This document shows, piece by piece, positions 8,964 to 16,795 of a stretch of 64,000 nucleotides of DNA. The notes under the pieces were generated by a model that did not search any database, was not told the DNA's origin, and saw only the letters and a program-made list of their open reading frames with translations. The stretch comes from a phage, in sequence record PV357172.2. One strand, given 5' to 3'. How positions within the stretch are numbered: the stretch's first letter is position 1; each line of letters begins with the position of its first letter. A program made the translations under genes and the position numbers.

Positions 8964-9068
8964 CCAAATTCTGTGTAGAGTTAAGTAAACCGGTAGCCAA
9001 CCAGCTATCATTGCTGACATCGAATTCAGCCACAGATACCATTTTCATTAATAACTGAGGAAATAGAT

Positions 9069-9254
9069 ATGACAACTCGTGCAATTGCTCGACTAGAAGC
9101 TGATCGTGATAATCTGATTAATAATATTAAGGTTCGTGGTAATATTATTAAGGCTCTGAAAGCTGAACTTCTTGAAGAACTTCAAGGTCAAGTAGAGCGT
9201 CGTGAAGCTCTAAAAGAGGTTGAGGAAGCTATCGAAAAACTCAAAGCTGAGTAA
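9069..9254 (+). CDS. small coiled-coil protein (61 aa)
   Basis: Track ORF with GAGGAAATAG SD-like sequence. Confidence 0.45.
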   Translation: MTTRAIARLEADRDNLINNIKVRGNIIKALKAELLEELQGQVERREALKEVEEAIEKLKAE

Positions 9255-9257
9255 ATT

Positions 9258-9839
9258 ATGCACGGAATATCCTTACCAATTCCAGGGTTTGAGGAGTACT
9301 TAGTAAGTTTGGATGGGTTAGTATTTAGTATCAAATCAAACAAAATACTAACCCCAATAACCAGTAATTACGGATACTTATCTATACGTCTCCATAAAAA
9401 TGGTCAACAGAGAAATACCGGTGTACATAGGATTTTAGCATGTGCATTTAAGAAATTACCAAGTCTAGACTCTGAACTAGAAGTTGACCATATTAACACA
9501 GACATTACTTATTGGGGTCTTAATAACTTACAAGTGCTCACAAAAGAGCAGCATCTAGAAAAGACTTTAAAAGATAAAGGATTTAGTAAACTAAACCATG
9601 ATAATTGTTGTAAGGATTGTGGTAAAGCTATTTCTTTAAAAGCTGAAAAATGTCAGGAGTGCTCTTCACATAAACCAAAAGATATCTCTATAACTAAAGA
9701 AATAATCGAGGTTACAGTAAGAGAGCTAGGCTGGTCAGGTGCAGGGAGAAAGTTAAGTTATTCAGATAATGGGTTGCGTAAAAGATACACTTCTTTAGGA
9801 GGCAATCCTAAAGAACTTAAAAAGTTAAAGGTACTATAG
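9258..9839 (+). CDS. HNH homing endonuclease
   Basis: LEVDHINTD...NNLQVLTKEQH HNH motif plus C-terminal Cys-rich region; stop codon overlaps the start of tRNA-Asp. Confidence 0.8.
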   Translation: MHGISLPIPGFEEYLVSLDGLVFSIKSNKILTPITSNYGYLSIRLHKNGQQRNTGVHRILACAFKKLPSLDSELEVDHINTDITYWGLNNLQVLTKEQHLEKTLKDKGFSKLNHDNCCKDCGKAISLKAEKCQECSSHKPKDISITKEIIEVTVRELGWSGAGRKLSYSDNGLRKRYTSLGGNPKELKKLKVL

Positions 9840-9901
9840 TCTAACGGTTAGGATACTCCCCTGTCACGGGAGAGGTAGGGTTTCGATTACCCTTAGTACC
9901 G
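9830..9901 (+). tRNA. tRNA-Asp (GTC)
   Basis: Perfect acceptor GGTACTA/TAGTACC, anticodon stem CTCCC/GGGAG, loop CTGTCAC, T-arm AGGGT-TTCGATT-ACCCT, CCA. Confidence 0.85.
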
Positions 9902-9910
9902 CCAAATTAT

Positions 9911-9984
9911 ACATCCATAGCTCAATTGGTTAGAGCTACCGCCTCTTAAGCGGTAGGTTCTAGGTTCAAGTCCTAGTGGGTGTA
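9911..9984 (+). tRNA. tRNA-Lys (CTT)
   Basis: D-stem GCTC/GAGC, anticodon stem ACCGC/GCGGT, loop CTCTTAA, T-arm CTAGG-TTCAAGT-CCTAG, CCA. Confidence 0.85.
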
Positions 9985-10114
9985 CCAAACATCAGAGCAG
10001 CGTGATGTACTGCAAAGACCCAAAGTCCGGGGTGGACTTCTTGATTCAAAGGAGCAGGCACTAATTATCATTCTAGCGTGGTGGAGAGGGGACACCAGCT
10101 TGCCGAGGGTAGAA

Positions 10115-10191
10115 GCTCGTTCGATTCGAGTGAAAGAATGGTTCTCGTAAATCCGCACAAGTGATAGCAGGTTCAAGTCCTGCCTAGATTG
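10115..10191 (+). other. two tRNA-like T-arm elements without canonical acceptor stems
   Basis: GCTCG-TTCGATT-CGAGT and GCAGG-TTCAAGT-CCTGC; no complementary 5' acceptor found. Confidence 0.2.
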
Positions 10192-10200
10192 ACTTATTAT

Positions 10201-10271
10201 GCGTTCGTAGTTAAAAGGTATAATTTTTGGTTGCCAACCAGAAGTTGAGGGTTCGATTCCCTCCGACCGCA
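10201..10271 (+). tRNA. tRNA-Gly (GCC)
   Basis: Anticodon loop TTGCCAA, T-arm GAGGG-TTCGATT-CCCTC, acceptor 6/7 paired, CCA. Confidence 0.75.
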
Positions 10272-10527
10272 CCAAATTTAGGTTTCTGCTTCCTAGAGAA
10301 CGGACTCCTAGATAAACAAGGCGATGAGTTTCCGGCCGGTTCTAGTCGCTGAAAATCCTCCCGACCAGGTAGGTGTAAGTAAATGAAAGTTTACTTATTG
10401 AGTAGGTTCCGATAGACCGGCGGGTCTATTCTGGCATTTAAGAGAGGTCTCGCAAACTTCTTTGTCAGCCGTGGGGTTGGTAGCCTCCAGGTGGCCTACA
10501 CAATAAGTAAATTTATTAAAAATTCAT

Positions 10528-10556
10528 TTGCTATTCTGCTTAATTCTCTGTATAAT
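10528..10556 (+). promoter_or_regulatory. sigma70-like early promoter
   Basis: TTGCTA 10528-10533, TATAAT 10551-10556. Confidence 0.6.
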
Positions 10557-10587
10557 ATATTTTATAAAGTGAGTTAACAAAAATTAA

Positions 10588-10660
10588 CAGTGCGTAGCGC
10601 AGTTGGTAGCGTGGGAGCCTTGGGTGCTTCGGGTCGCAGGTTCGAGTCCTGCCGCACTGA
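10588..10660 (+). tRNA. tRNA-Pro (TGG)
   Basis: Perfect acceptor CAGTGCG/CGCACTG, anticodon loop CTTGGGT, T-arm GCAGG-TTCGAGT-CCTGC, CCA. Confidence 0.85.
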
Positions 10661-10669
10661 CCAAACAAT

Positions 10670-10744
10670 TGCGGGTTAGATCTCTGGTAGAGATCGCTAG
10701 TCTCATAAGCTAGAAAGAGGTAGGTTCGATTCCTGCACCCGCTT
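10670..10744 (+). tRNA. tRNA with CAT anticodon (Met/fMet/Ile2)
   Basis: Anticodon stem CTAGT/GCTAG, loop CTCATAA, T-loop TTCGATT, 1:72 U-U mismatch, CCA. Confidence 0.75.
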
Positions 10745-10921
10745 CCATTTTAATAGAGGATTTCGAAATGAAAGTATTTCGATTAGTAGTAAGTGACAAA
10801 CGGTTAGGTAAGAATACATCAAAATCCTTACTTGCTCATTATGGTAAAAATTGGGATGAAGTAATGGCAGAGTTTAATACTAATCACCCTTACTTGAAAG
10901 TTCACTCTATTAAGGAAGTTT

Positions 10922-11395
10922 ATGCTTATTAACAGGGTGCTTCAAGCTCTAGATCTTCCAGAGCTCTTTACTATTACCGACCCCTTAATACATCGGTATA
11001 TGGAAAAGTATAATGAAATCTCTGGTAAAAAAGGGAAACTAAAATCCTCAGAATTTAAGTTCTGTTATAGAATGGCAGCATTAAACCTCTTAAAGTACAA
11101 GAGGGAGCATAAAATCCCTATAACAGAAGGATTTGTCTATGTAATAGGTAGTCCAGCATGGCCTGGACTATATAAGATAGGTATGACAGTAGATGTGAAT
11201 GAAAGACTGTCTAGTTATCAAACATATTCGCCTTATCGTGATTACAAGTTATACCATTTCAGATTCTCCTCGGACAAGAGAAGAACTGAAAAAGCATTAC
11301 ATAACCTTCTGAAGGACTACAAAGTATCAGGAGAATGGTTTGAAGTACCTCTGTTAGACGCCTTCAAACTATTAGTAGAAAATTTGGATTGCTAA
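10922..11395 (+). CDS. GIY-YIG-like (T5orf172-domain) homing endonuclease
   Basis: GFVYVIGS...YKIGMT...ERLSSY...EWFEV matches the T5orf172 pattern; stop overlaps tRNA-Lys start. Confidence 0.65.
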   Translation: MLINRVLQALDLPELFTITDPLIHRYMEKYNEISGKKGKLKSSEFKFCYRMAALNLLKYKREHKIPITEGFVYVIGSPAWPGLYKIGMTVDVNERLSSYQTYSPYRDYKLYHFRFSSDKRRTEKALHNLLKDYKVSGEWFEVPLLDAFKLLVENLDC

Positions 11396-11460
11396 CTCAA
11401 CTGGATAAGAGTACCGGACCTTTAATCCGTCAGTTCTGGGTTCGAATCCCAGGCAATCCA
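11386..11460 (+). tRNA. tRNA-Lys (TTT)
   Basis: Perfect acceptor GGATTGC/GCAATCC, D-stem ACTC/GAGT, loop CCTTTAA (unusual C33), T-arm CTGGG-TTCGAAT-CCCAG, CCA. Confidence 0.75.
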
Positions 11461-11481
11461 CCAATTTCAAGAAAAACTCAG

Positions 11482-11511
11482 TTGCTTGATGCTTAATTTC
11501 TTGTTATAATA
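11482..11511 (+). promoter_or_regulatory. sigma70-like early promoter
   Basis: TTGCTT 11482-11487, TATAAT 11506-11511. Confidence 0.55.
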
Positions 11512-11748
11512 TTTATATAAATTGATGAGGAGAAATCCTCATCATAGTTCACTAAGGTATTAGCTCGACCTAGGACTGGCTGCCAAAAAGCACGATCCCT
11601 ACGATTTGGGAGAAGTTCTAGATTAGTCCACTAGATTCAGCGGCAACTGAATAGTGTATCGGTTTTGCGAGATGACGCGGTTCCTTCCGCTCGAAGCGAA
11701 GGTGCTGTAGTTACGCCGAGCTAATAGCCTTAGTAAACTAAGGAATTT

Positions 11749-11819
11749 GGGGATATAGTTTAATGGTAGAACATCTGCTTTGCACGCAGAAGACGAGGGT
11801 TCAACTCCCTCTTTCTCCA
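11749..11819 (+). tRNA. tRNA-Ala (TGC)
   Basis: Anticodon stem TCTGC/GCAGA, loop TTTGCAC, T-arm GAGGG-TTCAACT-CCCTC, CCA. Confidence 0.75.
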
Positions 11820-11827
11820 CCAAATTT

Positions 11828-11909
11828 GGGGCTATGCTGGAACTGGTAGACAATACGGCCTTAGATTCCGTAGCTTAAATGCGTGGGAGTTCGAGTCTCC
11901 CTAGCCCCA
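11828..11909 (+). tRNA. tRNA-Leu (TAG), long variable arm
   Basis: Perfect acceptor GGGGCTA/TAGCCCC, anticodon TAG in the loop, T-arm GGGAG-TTCGAGT-CTCCC, CCA. Confidence 0.65.
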
Positions 11910-11928
11910 CCAACTTATAGGGTAATGT

Positions 11929-12513
11929 ATGCAGTTTGTACCAATAAAAGATGCACCAGGGTATTTAGTAAATGAAACAGGGGATGTGTTATCTACATTT
12001 ACTAATAAAATCTTATCAAGATATATAGTTGATGGGTACCCTGCTGTAAAATTACAGATAAATGGTAAGCAAACTTCGGTACTTATACACCGAATTATTT
12101 CTCATGTATTTGGGGACTTATATAATCTATTTGACCCTGAATTAGAAGTAGATCACAAGGATAGAGATAGGCTGAATCTATCTAAAGATAATCTTCAAGT
12201 TTTATCAAAAATAGAACATCAGAAGAAAACTAATAAAGATAATGGATGGTCTGATAGTAGAGTACCTTGCCCCTTATGTGGAAATCTAATGCTTCAGAGA
12301 TCAGTAACATGTACAAATTGTAAGCCAAAACCTACAGGAAAGTTAATAAAACCAGAATTGTCCTTAGAAGACATAACTGAAAAGGTTTTATTAATGGGGT
12401 GGGTTAAGGCAGCTAAAGATCTAGAAGTATCAGAGTCCACTTTACGTAGACGATATACTAAACTAACCGGATTAAGCCCGAAAGTATTAACAGAACAACG
12501 GAAAAGCAAATAG
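11929..12513 (+). CDS. HNH homing endonuclease
   Basis: HRIISHVFG...LEVDHKDRDRLNLSKDNLQVL HNH motif plus CxxC pairs; 3' end overlaps tRNA-Ser. Confidence 0.8.
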   Translation: MQFVPIKDAPGYLVNETGDVLSTFTNKILSRYIVDGYPAVKLQINGKQTSVLIHRIISHVFGDLYNLFDPELEVDHKDRDRLNLSKDNLQVLSKIEHQKKTNKDNGWSDSRVPCPLCGNLMLQRSVTCTNCKPKPTGKLIKPELSLEDITEKVLLMGWVKAAKDLEVSESTLRRRYTKLTGLSPKVLTEQRKSK

Positions 12514-12590
12514 ACTGGTGACTAAACCCGATTGGAAATCGGTTGAGTGGTAGCAATACCGCCTTATGGGTTCAACTCCCATCTTTTCCG
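12500..12590 (+). tRNA. tRNA-Ser (GGA), long variable arm
   Basis: Perfect acceptor GGAAAAG/CTTTTCC, anticodon loop TTGGAAA, T-arm ATGGG-TTCAACT-CCCAT, CCA. Confidence 0.7.
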
Positions 12591-12605
12591 CCAAACAATT
12601 TATAT

Positions 12606-12697
12606 GGTAGGTCAATCCAATGGCTGGCGCTGGACTCCGACTTGAAATCGGTTGATCGTAGTGATACGGTGTAAGGGTTCGATCCCCTTACCTACCT
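12606..12697 (+). tRNA. tRNA-Ser (TGA), long variable arm
   Basis: Perfect acceptor GGTAGGT/ACCTACC, anticodon loop CTTGAAA, T-arm AAGGG-TTCGATC-CCCTT, CCA. Confidence 0.7.
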
Positions 12698-12712
12698 CCA
12701 AATCTTGAAGTA

Positions 12713-12837
12713 TGCCGGAATCGGTAGACGGGGCTGCCTAAAAGGTTTATAGGGAACATCCACTCCCTGCAACATACCTCATAAAGCGGCTGAGATAAAT
12801 GGTCTATCTCGTGAAGGTTCAAGTCCTTCTGCTTCTT
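12713..12837 (+). other. tRNA-like element (type-II D-arm and a T-arm, no canonical acceptor stem)
   Basis: GGAATCGGTAGACGG D-arm-like segment and GAAGG-TTCAAGT-CCTTC T-arm separated by about 80 nt. Confidence 0.2.
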
Positions 12838-13066
12838 GATACATCTATGGCTCAAAGTGTAACGGTGCTATTTGATGCTCTTGGTAAGACTTCCCCGACA
12901 TGCGTTCGGGAGTAAGCTGCTAAGACTAGAGTAGAAGAGTTTCTGAGAGCCGCCACAATTGAAAATTCGTACTCGTCTTGAGCTGCGTGCAATAGGAGAT
13001 AACTTGATTAGTATTCTAGAACATGCTAATTGAGGATGGTTTCGCTAACCCTGCGAGTTTTCAATT

Positions 13067-13140
13067 GTGGCTATATCATAATTGGTTAATGATCCTGATT
13101 GTGAATCAGGCCTATGTGGATTCGAATTCCACTAGCCACC
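13067..13140 (+). tRNA. tRNA-His (GTG)
   Basis: Perfect acceptor GTGGCTA/TAGCCAC, anticodon stem CCTGA/TCAGG, loop TTGTGAA, T-arm GTGGA-TTCGAAT-TCCAC, CCA. Confidence 0.8.
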
Positions 13141-13168
13141 CCAAATTAACTTAAATAGGAAATAAAAT

Positions 13169-13369
13169 ATGGCTGATTTCTGCAAGCAATGCTCCCTTGA
13201 TATGTGGGGCAGAGATACTGGTGACTTATCTGGTCTGATTACAGAAGCCGAAGTCAAAGAAGGTTATAGTGCAGTTGTGATTTGTGAAGGCTGCGGTGTT
13301 ATCCGTGTAGACCACACCGGTAAGCGTTTGGAAGAACCAGTTCCAATTGCGCAAGTTCCTGTAGAATAA
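13169..13369 (+). CDS. small zinc-ribbon protein (66 aa)
   Basis: CKQC ... CEGCG Cys pairs. Confidence 0.5.
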   Translation: MADFCKQCSLDMWGRDTGDLSGLITEAEVKEGYSAVVICEGCGVIRVDHTGKRLEEPVPIAQVPVE

Positions 13370-13377
13370 AAAATTAT

Positions 13378-13450
13378 TGGAGTGTAGCTCAACTGGCAGA
13401 GCGACGGTTTCTGACACCGTAGGTTTCTAGTTCGATCCTAGACATTCCAG
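13378..13450 (+). tRNA. tRNA-Gln (CTG)
   Basis: D-stem GCTC/GAGC, anticodon stem ACGGT/ACCGT, loop TTCTGAC, T-arm TCTAG-TTCGATC-CTAGA, CCA. Confidence 0.85.
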
Positions 13451-13459
13451 CCAAACAAT

Positions 13460-13534
13460 TGGGGATTAGCTTAGCTTGGCCTAAAGCTTCGGCCTTTGAA
13501 GTCGAGATCATTGGTTCAAATCCAATATCCCCTG
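13460..13534 (+). tRNA. tRNA-Gln (TTG)
   Basis: Anticodon stem TCGGC/GTCGA, loop CTTTGAA, T-arm ATTGG-TTCAAAT-CCAAT, 1:72 U-U, CCA. Confidence 0.75.
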
Positions 13535-13545
13535 CCAAACAATAA

Positions 13546-13618
13546 GCGATTAAGCACACGGGTTGTGCCGCAGGCCTTCCAAGCCCCGCTGAGTAGGGTT
13601 CGATTCCCTCTAGCCGCT
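13546..13618 (+). tRNA. tRNA, anticodon uncertain (possibly Trp CCA)
   Basis: Good T-arm (TTCGATT), acceptor with one mismatch and CCA end; anticodon stem pairs poorly. Confidence 0.5.
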
Positions 13619-13638
13619 CCAACTTTAAGGAAACATTT

Positions 13639-13860
13639 ATGCACGTTTTTGAGTTTCGTGATAAAAGTAACAATAAACGAGTTATTGTTATTGGAGAAAC
13701 ATACCTAGCATACGAACAAACTGATGGCTCTGTTATCTTGAATGATGAGAAAGCAAATTTTAGCTTTTATCCAGAAGAACCTTATGAAGAGTTTCGTACT
13801 AAGTTTCTTTTACCAGACTGGCTAGCAGTAGCCGAGCAACGAGAATCCGAAGATGGCTGA
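13639..13860 (+). CDS. hypothetical protein (73 aa)
   Basis: Track ORF with AAGGAAA SD-like sequence. Confidence 0.5.
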   Translation: MHVFEFRDKSNNKRVIVIGETYLAYEQTDGSVILNDEKANFSFYPEEPYEEFRTKFLLPDWLAVAEQRESEDG

Positions 13861-14025
13861 TAACCTAAAATTAAGGGTTGACAAACAAAAGAAATACGTT
13901 GAGGTTGAATTAGGCGAAGAACGCTTAAAGCTAACTTTCGAGTTTCTTCAGCAGTTGGCTATGACAGTCATGACTGATAAGTCTCCTGTTATTGAAAAAG
14001 AAATCCCGTTGAAATAGGAAGCAAC

Positions 14026-14418
14026 ATGGAGTTTACTTGTTTAAATTGCGGAATCACAAAACCTAAAAGTAGGGGTTCCGCAGGTAAGTATTGTGGTGCT
14101 GCTTGTCAGCAGGAGTACCAGACAAAGCAAAAAGTATTAAAGTGGCTGGCAGGTGAAGAACCTGGTTATACTGGTAAAGCTGCACAATTAAAACCTTTTG
14201 TTAGGAAGTGGCTGTGGGATACTCGTGGTACTGCTTGTGAAGTATGTGGTTGGGATGGGAAACATCCAATTGACGGAGCAGTTTTAACTGAGGTAGATCA
14301 TATAGATGGAGATGCAACTAACTGTTCTCCAGAAAATCTAAAGATTCTCTGCCCTAACTGTCACTCTATGACACCTACGCATAGGGCCAGAAATAGAGTT
14401 TCAACAAGACAACGATAG
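14026..14418 (+). CDS. HNH endonuclease (zinc-binding)
   Basis: VDHIDGD...NLKILCPNCH HNH motif plus N-terminal CxxC pairs; stop TAG supplies G1 of tRNA-Thr. Confidence 0.75.
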   Translation: MEFTCLNCGITKPKSRGSAGKYCGAACQQEYQTKQKVLKWLAGEEPGYTGKAAQLKPFVRKWLWDTRGTACEVCGWDGKHPIDGAVLTEVDHIDGDATNCSPENLKILCPNCHSMTPTHRARNRVSTRQR

Positions 14419-14489
14419 CTCTTAAAGCATTGCTGGCGATGCAACGGTCTTGTAAACCGTGGAACCGGGTTCGATTCCTGGTGGGAGCA
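14418..14489 (+). tRNA. tRNA-Thr (TGT)
   Basis: Acceptor GCTCTTA/TGGGAGC, anticodon stem ACGGT/ACCGT, loop CTTGTAA, T-arm CCGGG-TTCGATT-CCTGG, CCA. Confidence 0.8.
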
Positions 14490-14507
14490 CCAAAATTAAA
14501 AAATTCA

Positions 14508-14537
14508 TTTGCCTTCTCTCTTATTTCTTGTTATAAT
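14508..14537 (+). promoter_or_regulatory. sigma70-like early promoter
   Basis: TTTGCC -35-like 14508-14513, TATAAT 14532-14537. Confidence 0.5.
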
Positions 14538-14567
14538 ATTTATATAAATTAATGAGAGGGAAACCAA

Positions 14568-14861
14568 ATGAAACGTTATCTTTCTGTCGTGTTCCAAACT
14601 GGTGGTCAACGCTACACTTATGAATTTCCTGAGTCCTGGAAAATTAAAGAAGGTGATCAAGTTGTTGTATTAACACCTCGTGAAGGCTTCAAAGTAGTAA
14701 CGGTTAAACAAGTATTTCCAAAAGATCACGAACCATCTAAGGCTATTCAGTACAAGATGATTCATGGTCTGGTACGAAAAGTACCTAGAACAGAAGTCGA
14801 AGTAGATAAAACTGGGGAAGCTAAATACCAGTATACCTCTTACTTAGATGAAATGATGTAA
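14568..14861 (+). CDS. hypothetical protein (97 aa)
   Basis: Track ORF after promoter and GAGAGGGAAACC leader. Confidence 0.5.
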   Translation: MKRYLSVVFQTGGQRYTYEFPESWKIKEGDQVVVLTPREGFKVVTVKQVFPKDHEPSKAIQYKMIHGLVRKVPRTEVEVDKTGEAKYQYTSYLDEMM

Positions 14862-14862
14862 T

Positions 14863-14935
14863 GCTCTGATAGTTCAACAGGTTAGAACAGACGACCGATA
14901 ATCGTCAAATCTTGGTTCGATCCCAAGTCGGAGTA
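14863..14935 (+). tRNA. tRNA-Ile (GAT)
   Basis: Anticodon stem GACGA/TCGTC, loop CCGATAA, T-arm CTTGG-TTCGATC-CCAAG, CCA. Confidence 0.8.
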
Positions 14936-14944
14936 CCAAATTAT

Positions 14945-15017
14945 AGTTAGTTGGCAGAGTGGTTATGCACCTCCTTCATACGGAGCGACTACAGTGGTTC
15001 AAATCCACTACTAACTA
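14945..15017 (+). tRNA. tRNA with CAT anticodon (Met/fMet/Ile2)
   Basis: Perfect acceptor AGTTAGT/ACTAACT, loop TTCATAC, T-arm AGTGG-TTCAAAT-CCACT, CCA. Confidence 0.8.
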
Positions 15018-15023
15018 CCAAAC

Positions 15024-15062
15024 AGAGGATCTGGTCATTGTACCAGATCTCTGTGTTTATTA
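15024..15062 (+). terminator. rho-independent terminator closing the tRNA cluster
   Basis: AGAGGATCTGGT...ACCAGATCTCT hairpin followed by a T-rich run. Confidence 0.6.
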
Positions 15063-15203
15063 AACTGAATGGGACTATCAATCCACAAGCCGGACTACGA
15101 GCGATTATCGGGTATTCACTTAATAAACAGCCTGCCCCCCAGTTTTTATCTTGCTTCTGGGTTAACAAAAAGCTGAGCCAAATTCTAATATCAGGGAGAT
15201 CTA

Positions 15204-15572
15204 ATGAAAGCATATCAAAATCTTAAATCCGGCGTAATTAACCTTGTTCATGAAAATCAGATCATTCAGCTATACTCTAAAGACGGTGAACTTAAACAGA
15301 AAGTTCTAGTTGAAGATCTAGAAGGTATCACACCTCACTTTGACCCTGAAGCCTTTCGCATTGTAGATGTGGAAGTGGTTCCCCAAGTCGAGGGTGGTCA
15401 GCACCTAAATGTCAATGTGTTAAGCCGTGATCAGCTTTTAGATGCACAGAAACATCCTGAAAAATATCCTCAGTTGACCATCCGTGTCTCTGGCTATGCT
15501 GTTCGATTTAACGCATTGACGCGTGAACAACAGAACGACGTTATTAGTCGTACATTTACTCAGGCGATATAA
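15204..15572 (+). CDS. grcA: GrcA-like autonomous glycyl-radical cofactor
   Basis: C-terminal [12 protein letters not shown]...[20 protein letters not shown] matches the glycyl-radical motif of E. coli GrcA/YfiD and the pyruvate formate-lyase C-terminus. Confidence 0.8.
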   Translation: MKAYQNLKSGVINLVHENQIIQLYSKDGELKQKVLVEDLEGITPHFDPEAFRIVDVEVVPQVEGGQHLNVNVLSRDQLLDAQKHPEKYPQLTIRVSGYAVRFNALTREQQNDVISRTFTQAI

Positions 15573-15653
15573 TGGGGTTTGGATACGATTTCTCCCAGCT
15601 ACGCAAGGTAGTCGAGCAAACTCCGTTTATCTCCCAAGTTTTAGGAGAAATGT

Positions 15654-15968
15654 GTGGATCGAGCATTAAGACGCCATCACCGGCAACGTGTGAAGAACAA
15701 CCGCAAGAAGTATTGGACAGTCTTTCCACATGAAGAAAGCCCTAAGCGATTAGGTATTATCACTACTACTCCTTGCATCTGTTCTTGCTGGATGTGTGGG
15801 AACCCTCGCAAATATTATAAGAATAGTAAAGCAGGTATGAAAACCTCGGAGATCAGGAAAATGGGAGCAATGATTATGGGCATCTCAAATGATGAATTTG
15901 ATGGCTTTGTAGGATTCGGAGAAGGAACTAGCTCAGGCTGTTTCGAATATGAACTCCCCGATCTGTGA
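15654..15968 (+). CDS. hypothetical Cys-rich protein (104 aa)
   Basis: Track ORF with CICSCWMC cluster. Confidence 0.45.
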   Translation: MDRALRRHHRQRVKNNRKKYWTVFPHEESPKRLGIITTTPCICSCWMCGNPRKYYKNSKAGMKTSEIRKMGAMIMGISNDEFDGFVGFGEGTSSGCFEYELPDL

Positions 15969-15976
15969 TTAACAAC

Positions 15977-16014
15977 AAACCCCAGCTATGGAATAAGTAG
16001 TCTGGGGTTTTTCT
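15977..16014 (+). terminator. rho-independent terminator
   Basis: AACCCCAG...CTGGGGTT hairpin followed by TTTT. Confidence 0.6.
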
Positions 16015-16089
16015 ATATACAGGTAAATAATTTATGTATAATAAAATTCACCCACATTAGGTTAATTCAAAAGACTTAATGGAGGTAAT

Positions 16090-16437
16090 ATGAGCCGTAC
16101 TTATCGTAGACAAACTGGTGATCAGTGGTGGAAGTCTAAAGCTAATTACACCCAGGGGTATACTTTCCTCAAAGCAAGTGGCTACTGGATTCGTGTTATT
16201 TATGCTAAATCCTGGGATGATGTAGAACAGGAAATGAAGGAAGCAACTGTTCGTAATGAGAAAAAGGATGGTTATAACTGGAATTCTATTAGTAAGAATG
16301 TTAAGTGGCATTCTAATAAAATGGTTCGTCAAGGGAATCGTCAAGAACTCCACCGCGTGATGAAAGATCCAGAAAATTATGATTATAATCGCGATCATGA
16401 CATGCGTAAGCGTGGATTATGGTGGTGCTATGACTAA
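16090..16437 (+). CDS. hypothetical protein (115 aa)
   Basis: Track ORF with GGAGG SD. Confidence 0.5.
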   Translation: MSRTYRRQTGDQWWKSKANYTQGYTFLKASGYWIRVIYAKSWDDVEQEMKEATVRNEKKDGYNWNSISKNVKWHSNKMVRQGNRQELHRVMKDPENYDYNRDHDMRKRGLWWCYD

Positions 16438-16454
16438 ATTCTGAAATAATTCAT

Positions 16455-16483
16455 TTGCTAAACCTCTCTTTTCTTGCTATAAT
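16455..16483 (+). promoter_or_regulatory. sigma70-like early promoter
   Basis: TTGCTA 16455-16460, TATAAT 16478-16483. Confidence 0.6.
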
Positions 16484-16513
16484 ATATTTATAAATTGATG
16501 AGAGAGGTTTGAA

Positions 16514-16795
16514 ATGAAAACTCGTCTAGACTGTGCTGTTCATGTTCTTGAACATGATGTTGTGGGAACCTGTATGTCTTACCACGAAGCAGGTCGTTTA
16601 ATTAAAGAACGTGTGGCAGATGTGTGCGGATTGAAGATTACTGCTGAGGAAGCTGATGATCTTTTAGGTCAAGCACTAGAGAAAACCGAAATGTTTCTCT
16701 GCGATTCTTGTTCTTGGTGGTGTGAAGCTCACGAACGTTCTTTCAACGATTATGATGTATGTCGTGATTGTAGTGGGGAGGATGAAGATGAATAA
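16514..16795 (+). CDS. hypothetical Cys-rich protein (93 aa)
   Basis: Track ORF after conserved GATGAGAGAGG leader; several CxxC motifs. Confidence 0.5.
   Translation: MKTRLDCAVHVLEHDVVGTCMSYHEAGRLIKERVADVCGLKITAEEADDLLGQALEKTEMFLCDSCSWWCEAHERSFNDYDVCRDCSGEDEDE

Noticed and set aside
9973-10275. Minus-strand track ORF (100 aa) across the tRNA-Lys / tRNA-Gly region
   Set aside because: Overlaps confidently folded tRNA genes on the opposite strand and has no RBS; the same applies to 3460-3642, 11623-11853, 13389-13673, 13496-13708, 14951-15226 and 14989-15213.
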